NCBI GenBank assembly: GCA_004431415.1
Contig: QPMI01000127.1
Coordinates: 124,001-188,000 of the forward strand
Length of the DNA: 64,000 nt
DNA from: Cyanophora paradoxa CCMP329
Lineage: Eukaryota > Plantae > Glaucophyta
Direction of reading: 5' to 3'
Shown here in pieces: positions 1 through 12,440 of the stretch. How positions within the stretch are numbered: the first letter of the stretch is position 1; each line of letters begins with the position of its first letter. A program made the position numbers and the translations under genes. The notes beneath the pieces were generated by a model, which did not search any database, had not been told where the DNA came from, and saw nothing but the letters and a program-made list of their open reading frames with translations.

Positions 1-2027
1 GTCGGCGAGGGGCGGGGGCGCCGCCGCCCGGCCCGCCCCACTCGAACAGGTCCAACAGATCCGAGGCGCCCGCCGCCGGCCGCGCGGGTGCGGCCGGCGC
101 GGCCGGCGCTGCTGCCCTGCTGGGCCCTGCCGCCCCTGCGCCGCCGCCGCCGCCGCCGCCACCGCTGCCGATCCAGTCCACCATATCAAACAGGCCTTTC
201 GTGTCGGCAGGGGGCTTGGGCGAGGGCGAGTGCGAGGGAGACGCCGCCGGCGCCGGCGAGGCCCGCGCGGCTGCGGCTGCCGGGCAGGTCAGGCGCTGCG
301 GGGAGCGGGGCCGGGCGGCGAGGGGCCGGGCGAACCGCCGCGCGCGGAGTCGTCCGAGGGGGTGGGAGAGGCCGAGGGGAGGCCCGCACGAGGGCGGGTA
401 GGGGCGTGCGGGAGCGGACCTGCGGGCAAAGGCTCGGAGAGGGGCTACAGGGGCGCGGGGCGGGCGGAGCGCACGGGAAGGGACGAGGCGCCGACCTCCT
501 TCATGACGGCCTCCAGGCGCTGCAGGACCTGGGGTACGGGATTCAGGGGCGGCTGGGGCGGGGCTGGGGTACGGGAACTCGCCTGGAAGATGTCGGGGCG
601 GGTGGCGGGTCGGGGTTGAGGAGGAAGCGGATGAGCTGGTTGATCGACTCGGGTGCCGCACGAACTGAGGGGCCCTCAGGCCGGCTGGAAGGGGGTACGG
701 GGATGCCCGAGGGGTATGCGAACCTCGGGGAACTTGTACTGCGCGTTGATGATCGCGAGGGCCCCGCGTTGTCGAACGGCTGCTGGAAGAAGACGATCGT
801 GTACAGGATGCAGCCCAGCGCCTGTGGGGTACAACGCGTCAGGGGAAATCGTCGGTTGGCGGGGGGGGAGGGGGGGGGACGAGGGACTGGGGAGGGGGTA
901 CGCGCCCAGATGTCGACCTTCTCGTTGATGAGGTCCTTCCTGTAGAGGTCGCACATCTCCGGCGCCCGGTACATCATCGTCGAGAACCTGGGGGTACGAG
1001 CGCGCTCATCAGTCGGGGCCCGGGGGTACGGGATCGGATGATGGGGGGGAGAATCGTGGCGGGGGTACCGCTGGATGCGGTCCTCCTCGTCGAGCATCTC
1101 CTGGCGGGTGAGGTACTTCTTGGCGCGGGTCGTGCAGCTCCCGAAGTCGCAGAGCTTGTAGTCCCCGTTCTCGTGCCGGATCACGTTCTCCACCTGCGCC
1201 CCGCGTGAGCCGAGCCGAGCGCGGGCGCGGCGGGCGGGCGGGCGGGCGAGGCCGGGCGGCGAGCCTTGAGGTCGCGGTGGGCGATGGGCGGGCTCTGGCA
1301 GTGCAGGTGCGCCACGGAGAGGCAGACCTGGTGGAAGATCTGGAGCGCCTCGCCCGGCGGGAACTTGGCCCCGTTCCGCTTCCCGATGATGTCCACGAGG
1401 TGCCCGCCTGCCGCCGGGTCTCGCGCGCGCGGCGCGGGGGGCGGCGGACCGCGCGGGGCGCACCGGAGCAGAGTTCCATGAGCATGAAGACCTCGCGCTG
1501 GTTCGGGTTCTGCTGGCTCGGCAGGATCGCCGACGCGTAGAGCCGCACGATCAGCGGGTGCGGCGGGAGGGACTTCTGCTCGCGGCGGGCGTCAGCAGAG
1601 CGGCGCGGGACGGGCCGGGCTTCGCGGCGCGCCATGACTCGAATCTCCTCCTCGGCCAGCCGCAGCGTCTCCGCGTCGTGGGCGAGCACGCGCTTCAGCG
1701 CATACAGCTCGTTCGTCTCCATGTCCGTCGCGATGTACACGAATGAGTAGCCGCCTGCGCGGGGCTCGGCGGGACGCGCGGGCGGGCGAGGGGGCGGGAG
1801 GGCGGACCTTCAGCAAGCAGCCTCGTGACTCGCACCTTGTACCGCTCGATCTGAACCGGCCTCTCCAGCTCCGCCCGGACGCGAGCCACTGCAGCCTTTC
1901 CGTGCGACAGGGCGTGCGAGGCGCCCTTCTGCGCAATCTCCGCGCCTCGCTCCGCAAGGGCCATGCCCTTATTGGCGAGCCCCTTGGCCGCGCTCAGCGC
2001 GCCGCGGAGCGCGTCCTGACTGAACAT
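1..2027 (-). CDS. NAK-family (AAK1/GAK/BIKE-like) Ser/Thr protein kinase, multi-exon, 3' end runs off the window
   Basis: Exon fragments give RLLAEG(G)YSFVY, YALKRV, EEEIRVM, HPLIVRLY, PPIAHRDLK-VENV, YKLCDFGSCT, TMMYRAPEM.DLY, INEKVDIWALGCILY. LAEGG, CDFGS and YRAPEM.DLY are NAK-family hallmarks. ATG at 2027. Confidence 0.92.
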
Positions 2028-2190
2028 CTGAGAGTGGTTCCCGTGAGCTGCGATATAAAGACTGAGCGAGCGTCTCGCCAAGCACCTTCGCAGGGCGCCC
2101 GGCTAGCCCGGCTGAGAGCCGATTGCCAGGGTGCGGTACCCGGTGGAAAAAAACAAACGGCAAACCTCAAGCCCGCTGCGAAAGCCTGCG

Positions 2191-3203
2191 ATGCCAGCCG
2201 AAGCGCCGGAAGAGTCCGTCTTGGCGCTGTTCAAGCCGATGGGACGACCTCTGACGCCAGCGCGGTGCGCCGAGCTGCTGGATCTGACGGACGACGACGT
2301 CCCGGCGTGCGAGAAGCTTCTGAAGCGCATGGAGGACAAGAAGGTGCTTTGCTCACACACCATGGAAGGTGCCGGAAAGCCCTCTGCGGGAGCTGAGCGT
2401 CAATGGAAGTTCTTCTGGCGAGCCCGTGCGTCTCCCGCGCGCTCCAGCGCGCCGCAGGGCGCTTATGCGCGCGCCTCGCACAGATGAGAGCGAGGGCAGC
2501 AACGCTGCTCATCCCCGCCGCAGCTCGGTGAGCCTCGCGCGCGGCCAGAAGCACGTTCCCCCACGCGTACGCTCTGCGCCGTTGATCGTGCGCGCCAGGG
2601 CAACCACCTCGATCGCCCGATCAGCAATGCGCTAGCAGAGAAGATTCGGAGGCAGCGCGCTTCGGTGACGCCCCCGCGCTCGCCACCGCTAACACGGCTG
2701 ACGATGCGAACGTTGGAAGCTGTCGCAGCCGCGAGCGTCCCTCGAGGGGGGAGACAAGCGGCCTCGGCTGTCGACTGAGGGCGGAAGGCCGAGCGCAAGT
2801 AGCGCCGCTGCGCCCCGCGCGGTGCCCTCCTCGCCCCTCCCTGGAAACTAGCGCGCGCCCGCCGCGCGCCCCGGCCTTGACGCTGCGCTGCGCGTGCGGG
2901 CAGAGCCGGACGAGCGACGCACTGCTGACGGAGGAGCAGCGGCTGCAGCGGGCGCTGATGGAGCGGCGGGAGCGGCTGGCGAGGCACCGGGCGTCGCGCG
3001 CCGAGCCGCCCTCCAAGAGGGAGGTGGAGGCCGTCGAGGCGGCGATCGAGCGGTGGGTGGAGGTCTGCCAGGAGGCGGCCCGCCAGCTGCTCGAGCGGGC
3101 GCGGGGGCAGCACGAGGGCGCCAGCATGCCGGCCCTCCTCGCCCACCTCGACGTGCCCCCGGAGCTCCTCCGCTACAACGAGGCCGACGACTGCTTCGAG
3201 TAG
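2191..3203 (+). CDS. SFR1/Mei5-like recombination protein with a putative N-terminal winged-helix region, multi-exon
   Basis: The last exon IERWVEVCQEAARQLL...MPALLAHLDVPPELLRYNEADDCFE* matches the SFR1/Mei5 C-terminal pattern (I.KW...Q..L..L...L...LL.Y...E..F) after a coiled coil. Recognised from memory, not from a search. Confidence 0.7.
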
Positions 3204-3385
3204 CGCGAGATCTAGATCTAGACGTACAGCTTGAGTTTTGCTTACAGCTTTCAACTGGTTTCCGTTCGATCCGCTTTAAACTTGATGGTTTCTGGATATC
3301 GCGTCGTTGTACAGAATCATTAGCCTAGTCACTGAGTAGCCATAGAACGAATATTAATGCGAACCTGCAGCTACAGCTACCGGAG

Positions 3386-3445
3386 CCTGCTTCCTGCCTG
3401 CCTCCTGTCTGCTTGCCTGCCTGCCTGCCTGCCTGCCTGCCCTGC
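3386..3445 (+). repeat. Imperfect (CCTG)n microsatellite
   Basis: Run of cctg/cttg units in the gap between two convergent genes. Confidence 0.85.
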
Positions 3446-3516
3446 GTAAACTCGAAATTGCCATAGATCTAGAGGTAATCGCAGACGAAGCCACCCTGCG
3501 CCCGGGCCCGCCCCCG

Positions 3517-6500
3517 CTACCTCTTCGAGCCCTCGCGGTCGGGCGAGGCGAGCACCGCCGCCGTCGAAGAGCCCAGCGACGCCACGCCCGACCTGCGCGG
3601 ATCAAATCCGGATCAGTCCCGGATCAAATCCGGCCCGGAGTCGAACCCGCGCACCCTTTCGGGACGCGGATCTTGATCGAGCGGCCCCGCGCGCCCAGCG
3701 CCGGGATCGTCTCCATCTCCGCCTCCGGCGCTGCCGGCGGGTCGGCGAGGCGGGGGTACGGCAAAGACATGGGGGTAGTACCGTGGAGGAAGGCGACGTC
3801 GCGCGTGACGGCGGAGCGGAGGACGCCCTGCAGGAGGCCCACGACCTCCCGCCGGCCCTGGCGCGCGCGTACCCCTTGAGGGAAGCCCGGGGGGGGGGGA
3901 TCCGGTGGAGGGGTAGTGCGCACGCGCTCGTTGGCGACCTCGCCCTCCTCGATGACGGTCGACATCTCTTGGATGCTCGACGAGATCCGGTCGATCGCGT
4001 CCTGGGTACGGGATCAGATGGAAAGAAAAAGGAAAACGGGGGTACATGCGCGCTCGCTCGCCTGCATCGCGTTGAGGCGGTGCTCGCCGCCGGCGCCCGG
4101 CTCGCGGTCGTCCCACTCTCCCGGGAGGCTCAGGAGCAGGCCCGTGGACCCGGACCCGGCAGCCTCCTTCTGCAGCCGCGCCCGCGCCTCCCGCGCCTCC
4201 TTCCCCGCACTCTCGCCCTCCACGCCTGGGCCGGGGGTGGAATGGAATCAGCGGGGGAAAGAGAGGAGGGGGAGTACGGTACGCAAGCGTCTCCGCGGAC
4301 CGAGCATGTCGATGAGCTTGCGGGAGCCGAACTGGAGGATCCCGTGCTTCAGGAACTGGACCTGCAGGGGCGATCGAATCAGAAAGAGCCGGGAATTCAA
4401 AAAAGGGGCGCGCCTCGGACTCGAGCTGGGTGACGCGGGCCATCTGGGAGGCGTAGTGGTCGGCCTTCTCCTTCAGCTGCCCCTCGAGCTCCGCCACGCG
4501 CGCCTCCAGGTACGCGTTCCGCGCCGTCACCTCGTGCACCTGCCCCGCCCCGCGCCCGCCGGCGGCTCACGTGAGATTCAAGCTTGACACGGCACTCCCG
4601 CCCGCCCGCCCGCCCGCCCCCTCGTTTCCCGCCCCGAGCCCTGCCGCGCACCTGGGCGGCCTTGTACACGGGCTCCGGCAGCAGCAGCGCGTCGTGGTAC
4701 CCCTCGTACGTCGTGCCCCCTGCCCGCCCGCCCGCCCGCCCGCCCGCCCGTCGGAGGGGGAAGATGGGGGGGAGGAGAAGGAGGCCGGGGGTACCGTTGT
4801 CGAGGGAGACGTCCGCGGGGTCCAGAGACAGCTGCTTCAGCAGCCGCCTGCGGGAGGGTGAGGGGACCATAAAAACAAGGGGAGGGGAGCAAGAAAAGGG
4901 GGTACAGGAGCTCGGGGTCGCTGATCTCGGGCACGCGGGCGGCGGCGCGGACGGCCCCCAGCAGCACTGCGTTCGCCTTCGTCGCCAGCACGTACGCCTG
5001 CGCCGAAAAAGTAAGCGGGGGCATTCAGCGCCGCGGCTGCAGGGGCGCGGGTGCCTCGCGGCAGTGGTGGTAGCGGTCCTGCCACTTGCGCGTCTCGTCG
5101 GTGTATACCCAGGGCGTCGGCGCACTCGTCGTCCTCGCCCGCCCGAACTGCGGGCGGGTCAGCGAGGGGTACCGGTACACGGGCAGGGGAGGAAAGGGGG
5201 TACGGACCGTGGCGAGCTTCTTGGCGCGCATGTAGGCGGGGCCCTGCGGGGAGGGCGGGGCGGCGCCGACGCCGGCGTCGCGCCTGGGCTGCTTCTCCTT
5301 CTCCCGCGGCTCGTTCCGAGTGAGCATCTTGACGCGCTTCTCCAGGTCCCGCACCTGCCCGGACTGCTTCCAAAACAGGCTGCCGGCCCGGATTAGACTC
5401 CTGCCCTCTAAAAGCTCTCTAGGGCGCACTTGTGCTGGACGTCCATGTCCGCCTGCATCTGGGCCATCTTGCGCTCAGCGGCCTTGATCTGGCCCTCCAG
5501 CGTCGCGCAGCGCTGCGCGTAGAATGCGACCTGCTGCTGCTGCTGGGCCAGCACCGAGCTGCGCCGGCCAGAGGGCATCGGCCCGTCGTCCCCCTCCGGC
5601 GTCGAGCGACGCCGCTGCGTCCGCTGCGCGCCCCGCGGCGAAGTCCGGTGGGAGGGGGCGGGGACGCCGAGGCTCAGGCTGGGCCGCCGCTCCCGTTCGA
5701 ACTGGTGGAGGGGCAGGCCCAGGGGCGACTGGGAGTGGGGGGCGGAGGGCGCGGGGGGCCCGCTCTCCGGCCGCGGCAGCTCGCTGAAGCTCGAGTGCTG
5801 GGAGCTCCCGTTCGAGCCCGTCGACATGGCCCCCATCGAGGGGCGCCGCCCCAAGCCCAGGCCGGGGCCCGGGCCGCGGCCCCCGGGGGCGTCCTCCAGG
5901 AACGAGGGCGGGGCGGAAGGGACCGTCTCCAACGAGCGCCGCGCCATCTCCGGCGGCGTGTCGAGCCGCCTCCAGTTCCCGTCCTGCAGCGACCGGCTCA
6001 CCGTCTGCCGGCCCCGCCCCGCCGTCAGCGTCCGGGCGCGCGGCGGGGGGAGGGCAGGGCGCGCCGGGTTGAGCGGCGCCTCGAGCGAGCCGTGCTGGCT
6101 GCCCTGCATGCTGAACAGGCTCTGCACGCTCCCGTGAAGGCTCCCCATCGACGGGTTCTGCCTGAGGGCGCTCGGCCCCCCCCGCTTCTCGGCCGGCGCT
6201 GCGCGGGCCGCGGGGATGGTCAGGGCGTGCTTCGGAGCGGAGCCGGGACCCCAACAGCTCTGAGAACGCGAGGGCATGCATAATACATGCCACGCAAGCG
6301 CTCAGACCCGTTAGCTACAGCAATCCCATGCTGGGGCGCAAAAGCCAGCCCAAACAGGCCCAGCGAGGCGGGGGGCAGGGCGCGTGCACCCGGCTGAACC
6401 ATCCGCGAAATGCGAGCGACCTCGAGCTCATACTTAGAGCTGAGCCCTCCAGCACTGGACGCCGAGGCCCGGAGCGCGTTCGCAGGGGCGCCGGCGAGAG

Positions 6501-6597
6501 AGCTGCCGAAGCCGCCGGGCGCATCCGTGGCGCTCCTCAGCATGCTTTTGCCGTACCGCACGCTGCCGGTCGTGCTGGGTGGCGTTGAGAGCGCCAT
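3517..6597 (-). CDS. Hypothetical multi-exon protein with Ser/Pro-rich and coiled-coil segments
   Basis: Coherent exons (FYAQRCATLEGQIKAAERKMAQMQADMDVQHK; VHEVTARNAYLEARVAELEGQLKEKADHY) are separated by short GT/GC-AG introns. ATG 6597; spliced stop at 3517. No family recognised. Confidence 0.6.
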
Positions 6598-6798
6598 GCC
6601 GGCGCGGGCTAGCTGGGTCTAGCTGGGCCGCTCGACAGGTTAACACAAGAATCCTGCTGTTTCTGCTGCAATACAAGCTGCAAAGACTGGTCCAGGGCTG
6701 TTGCTCGCGAAAGGAAGTCTTAGGCAGTAGGCGCCTGTACCCCGTCCAAACTCCAATTTAGGGTCGAGCCTTCCAGCGCGTCCAAACTCGCAGGCGGC

Positions 6799-9700
6799 AT
6801 GGGCGGCGGGCAGAGCTCCGGCACGCCTCGCGGCCAGCAGCCAGCACAAGCACCCCCGCCACAGCGCGCGCCTCCGCCGCCAGCTCCCGTACCGGAACCC
6901 GTGCAGCGGAGGCCTGTAGGCGAAGCGCAGTCGGCGGCAGCACAAGTACCTCCAAAGCCTCCAGCAGTTAGGGTTCCCGCGCCGGCCCTGCCAGCCGCGC
7001 CGGTCGCCGTCCGGAGCCAGTCACCACCGCAGGCTCCGGCCCCCGCTCCGGCCCCCAAACCAGCACCCGCCCCCGCTCCTGCAGCATCCTCTCAGGCAGC
7101 TGCTCCGAGGCCGGTGGCAGCAGGCTCAAGCGCGGGTGGCGGTGCGGCGGGGGCGAGAGGCCTCGTCTCGGCGGGTGGCCAGCGCGCTCCCACGCAGCCG
7201 GGCATTCTCGGCATCGATTTCGGAAATGGATCGTGTAGGGCAGCGTACTGGGACCATGCGGCGGGCCAGCCGTACGTCGTGCGGGACATACACAGGACGC
7301 CGAACCTCGTCAGCTCCGTCGCCTTCATCGGCGAGGAGCGTTTCCTCGGCGAGGAGGCCGTCGCGCACACGGCACTCTTCCCTTACGGCACTATCTTCGA
7401 TTTAAAGCGGATGATCGGCCGTAGGCGAGCACCGGCGCCCCCTCCCGGCCCCACGCGCGCGCCTCTGAGCCGGCGCCGGCCGCAGGATCACGGACCCGGT
7501 CATCCAGTCCATACAAAAGAAATCGACCTTCAAGATCACGACGCTGGACAACATGGTGCCGGTCGTGGCGATCCCGCAGGCCAACTCCGTCAACCACTTC
7601 ACGCCCGTCGAGCTCTCGGCCATGCTCATCATGCGGCTGCGCGACATGGCCCAGGAAGCGTACGGCGGGCCCATGCGGACCACCGTCCTGACCGTCCCGG
7701 GTCCGCGCGCCGCCCGCCAGCGCCCCGCGCCGCGCCGCCGCCGCGAGCCGCCGCTGACCGGTGCGCGGGGCGGGGCAGTGGCGTTCAACACGATCCAGCG
7801 GCAGGCGCTGCGGGACGCGGCGGCGCTTGCGGGGCTCGGCACGGTGCGGCTCGTCGAGGAGCCCGTGGCGGCCGCCGTCGCGTACCTCTTCGACTGGCTC
7901 TCCTTCGACGGCTGCGGCTCCGGCTGGTCCGAGATGCCCACCCCGCAGCGGTGCGCCAGGCCCTTCTTTTCCTCCTCTTCTCCTCTCTTCTCCGCCTCAC
8001 GAGCGCGGGCGGGGCAGGCTGCACGGGGCGGACAAGGTGGTGATGACGAGCCTGGTCTTCGACATGGGCGCCGCGCACTGCAACGTCTCGGTGCAGACGT
8101 TCGAGCAGGACACGCTGACGGTGCACGCGATGGCGGGCGACCTGGCGCTCGGCGGGGACGACTTCACGGCGCGGCTCGCCGGGCACCTTCGCGCCGAGTA
8201 CCGCAAGCAGCACGGCATCGAGCTCTCCATGTCTCAGCACGTCGCCACGCGCCTCCGCGCCGCCGCCGAACGCGCCAAGCTCGCCCTCACGACCCACGAC
8301 AACGTCGCCATCGACGTGCCCCAGGTCCGCCCGCCCGCCCGCCCGCCCGCCCCCGCCCCCTCGGATCGCATGCGGACCGTGAGCGGACCGGCGCCGCGCG
8401 CAGATCGTGCAGGGCTCGGACCTGAAGGTGACGCTGACGCGGTCGGGCTTCATCGAGCTCACGCAGGACCTCTTCCGGCGCTGCGTCGCCCTCATCTCCA
8501 AGTGCCTGACGGAGGCGAAGCTCACCAAGGAGTCCGTCCACGACGTCGTGCTCGTCGGCGGCGCCACGCGCATGCCGCTGCTCGAGGAGCTCGTCCGCGA
8601 GTTCTTCGAGTCCAAGGCCCGCCCGCCCGCGCCGGCCTTTCCCTTCCCTCCCGCCTTTCTCTGAGCGAGCGGGGCGGGGCGGCAGGTGCGGTCGCGCGTG
8701 CTGCACTTCGACGAGGGGGTCGCACTCGGCGCCGCCATCATCGGCGCCATGGCCTCCTCCGAAGCAAAGGTGCCACCGGCCCGCCCGCCCGCCCGCCCGC
8801 CCGCCCGCCTTTCTCGGCCCTTCCCCTCCCTTTCTCTTCCGTGGCGGTCATTATCCCACTGCGGGAGGCCGCGGCCCGTGCCCGCAGTCGGTCCCCTAGA
8901 CCGCCAGAGGGACCGAGGGCCCCGACTCTTTACCCGTCGCCCGCTCCCCATCGGGCGCCGGGTGCTCGGGGCTCCCGCACATCTCCCCCTCTTCCTACCC
9001 CCCCTTTCCACCCTCTGCAATCCACCCTCTGCAATCCTCCCGCATCGCCCGCTGACCCGGCCGCCTCGGCGCGCGCGCGCAGGCGATGGGGGGCGGGGGC
9101 GGGAAGCGGGTGTCGACGGCGCCGCCCAAGTGGTCGATCCGGGAGGTCACCAACGTCTCCTACGGTATCGCTCTCACCAACGGCGAGGTCGTCAAGGTCC
9201 GCGCGGCTCGAAGACTACGCGAAGCCGAGGCGCTCTTCTGAGGCCGGCGCGCGCGCGCAGGTGCTGCCGTCGAACGCGTCGCTGCCGGTAGCGAGCTCCG
9301 TGCTCCTCTCGACGGCGGCGGACAACCAGACGTCCGTCCTCGTCCAGTGCCTCGAGGGGGACCGCCCGCGCTCCGACGAGAACACGCCGCTGGGGCGCAT
9401 CGAGCTCGCGTCGATCCCCTCGGTGCCCAAGGGCGTCCCGCTGCTGGACGTGGCGCTGGAGCTCAACGCGGCGCGGCACCTCACCATCCGCGTCTCCGAG
9501 CGCCACACGCGCGCCTCCAAGGAGATGACCATCGACCAGAACGAGGTGTGTGCGCGCGCGCGGCAGAGGAGCTCCCCGCCCGCCCGACTGACGCGCCGCC
9601 GGCGTCGCCAGGTGCACTTTACGAAGGCGGACGTGGGCCGGTTCCAGGCGGAGTGCGAGCGCTTCCAGTCCCGCTACCTCCAGTTCGTCTCGGGCTCCTC

Positions 9701-10926
9701 CGTCTTCGCGGACGCGACCTCGCAGCTCCTCGCCGCCGTCCGCCGCGCGGCGCTGCACGTCCCCAAGGGCGCCGCCGACCTCACGGCCGAGGCCAAGCTT
9801 CTCCTCGGGCGCGTCCGCGCCTTCATCGCGGCCCAGCTCGAGGCCCAGCGGGGGGCGCCCTTCGAGCCCTCCCGCTTCTGGCGCGCCGTCTCCCAGGTAA
9901 GCGCGGGCGAGCGTTCCTCCGCTCGCCTCTTCTCTGACGCCCCCTCTCCTTCAGGTGTGCGCGCACGTGGAGCTGCTGTACCTGGACCCGGTGCCCCCGC
10001 AGCTGCCGGACGCCAAGTTCCGGGCGCACCTCTGCGTCAAGCTCGACGAGATCCGCGCCCTCGTGCCCCTCACCCAGAAGGCCGTCCTCTCCTACTGGGA
10101 CGAGGTCCCCCAGCCGCTCCTCGCCGCCCTCGGCGCCGCGGGGGGGGCCGAGGGCGGCGCCGGCGTCCCGGGGGAGGACGCGACGGGGGCCGCCCCGCCG
10201 GCCTCGGACTGGCCCGGGGCGCAGCGGCCGGTGCCGGCGGGGCGGGCGGGGCGGCCGAACTCGGGGGAGGCGCGGCGGCGGCAGGAGATGGGCCACCCGC
10301 TCGTCTTCGTGGACGAGCTGCACGTGGAGGAGTTCTGCGCCCGCCTCATGGACCTCAACGCCGAGCAGGAGCTGCGCCTCGCGCGCGTGAACCAGGCCCA
10401 GCTCTACTTCCACAAGAACGGCACCTTCTTCGGCATCCAGTACTTCGAGCGCGGCGTCGAGCGCCTCAACTCCATCCTCATCGTCATGCAGGCGAGCCAG
10501 AGCCGGCCAGCCGGCAAACCCAAACGGAAAGCAGAGCTGACGCTCCCGGCGCAGATGCTGGCGCAGGGCCCGAACCGGGGCTTCCTGGGTGGCTCGCGCG
10601 CGAAGGCGATCTTCGCGGCGCTGCTGGACAAGGTGCAGGAGCACTACTTCGACGCGACGGCCCAGGAGGTCCCCCAGCTCGCCGAGCGCCGCGCCGACGT
10701 CCTCCGCACCCTCGACAAGGCCAAGCGCATGTTCGACGACGGCGCCGCCGCCTCCGACGCCGGCCCGGGGCCCGCCGGCGCCCCCGCCGGCGCCCTGGCC
10801 CCGGGCCCTCCCCCGCCGCCGCCCTCGAGGCGCCCCCCGGCGAGGGCGAGATCGACGGCTTCTCGGGTGCGCGCAGCGGCGCGTAGTGTTTTGTCGCCCT
10901 CCCCCCGCCTTCACAGTAGTCTATAG
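6799..10926 (+). CDS. Atypical Hsp70-family protein with Pro-rich N-terminal and unknown C-terminal extensions, multi-exon
   Basis: GIDFGNGSC, TIFDLKRMIGR, FTPVELSAM, TVP(V)AFNTIQRQALRDAA..AGL, EEPVAAAVAY, LVFDMG, LGGDDF, AAERAKLAL, DVVLVGGATRMP, DEGVALGAAI, and the substrate-binding domain STAADNQTSVLVQCLEGDR...PKGVP. The stop is 10926 or 10886. Confidence 0.9.
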
Positions 10927-11904
10927 CTAGCGGTGTCCCCGGCCCCCGGCCCTGTTTCGAACCATTCGGGAGCGTCATCGTATACGTTGCACAAGGAAGC
11001 TCTCGAGGTGACTGCACGGCTGCGGGGAGGGGGAGGCCTAGCTATAGGGGGAGTAGCGTGGCGATGCTCAATCGATTAATCTAGCTAGTAGCTACAGCGC
11101 TAGCCGGGGACATGGTGCGATTAATAATATTATGCGGACTCCCAGGAGTCCGAGCTCGAACGTTCCCCTCATGATCAGCTGGCGCCGCCGCGCCGGCGCC
11201 GCCGCCACCGCCGCCGCCGCGGCCGCGCGGCGCCCGCGCGGTCGCGGGCATCGGGCTTCGGGCCTTGGCCCCCGGCCGCGGGCCCCGGCCCCCGGCCCCC
11301 GGGCCCCGCAGCCGGCAGTGGCCCGGCACCGGGCCCCATGGCCAAAATCTCGAATTCGATCCCCCCGGGCCCCGGCCCCCGGCCCGTCATGATCAGGCCG
11401 GATTCGACATTCCGAATTCGAAGGCCCTACTGGCAGGCTACTGGCATCAGCAGCCTACTGCCCGGCCGGCCCGCGGCCCGAACGTAACGGCCGGACGGAT
11501 CAGTTGAAGGAGATGCGACGGGGTCAGCTGAAAGGTCGCGTGAAAAAAACCGCATCGCGTGACTCGCGACTCGCGATGACGAGCTCGAGGCGATCGCGAT
11601 CGGCGTCACAATCGTCGGACGCGTCCGCCGTCCGACAGTCATCAATTATCAGGCGAAGCCTCTTTCTCAAACCCAAAAACCGCCGATATAAATTCCTTTT
11701 TTAACCTTTTTTTCCACTCAAGATCCCCCCTGCTAAATAATTTCCGCGTCGCACTCCCTCGAGGACGAATTATTAATTCTGCCTCGACACGGACGCGATT
11801 GCCGCTAATGACTCAGCTACCCTAACCCCCACAGACCTCTCTAGATCCATTTTTAGCGTCGTGGTCCGGTACTTAACCTCCGACAAATGCAGTCCGAGTC
11901 AGAA

Positions 11905-12440
11905 GGTGGGACCCGGTCCCGCCCGGTCCCGCGACGAAATCGCGCCAGGGACGCCCCAGAACGATACAGAATGCCGCGCGAGGGCGAGCGCATCGCCGCA
12001 AGCTCGATTTCAAGCGCCGTCGACGCTCCAGTGCGAAGAGTCGGCCGAAAATTTGATCCAGCGCTAGCCGGTCCCGCCCGGTCCCGCGACGCGCGCAATC
12101 GATGCGTACTGGCGCGCATGGACATAGCAGGGCCTGCGCACCCCCGAAATCCGCTTTTCGGAGCCGGAACAGCGCAGGAAGGTACCCGACGGCCAAAATT
12201 CGATCCTGCACGCGCCCTGACATCTTTCCGCGCGCCCACGCCGCGGCGCATGCGCGGAACGATAGCATAAGCATTTAAGATGTAGGCAAAGTCTTCCGCA
12301 CGCTTTGCGTATGCGACGGGCCGCGAGGACCCAGCCGACCCCGAAAATTCGATCCTGCATGGACCTGCACATCTTTCCGCGCGCCCTCGCCTCGAGCTCC
12401 GCAGCCCCGCACATCGATGCTATAGCTATATGCATTCAAG
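11905..12440. repeat. Degenerate ~148-bp tandem repeat, about 3.5 units
   Basis: AAAATTYGATCC cores at about 12047, 12194 and 12343 (spacing 147 and 149). CCGGTCCCGCCCGGTCCCGCGACG occurs twice and CATCTTTCCGCGCGCCC occurs twice. Confidence 0.7.

Noticed and set aside
7761-10886. 1041-aa ORF as a single protein
   Set aside because: It reads through introns and wrong frames of the Hsp70 gene. Stop codons are rare at this GC content.
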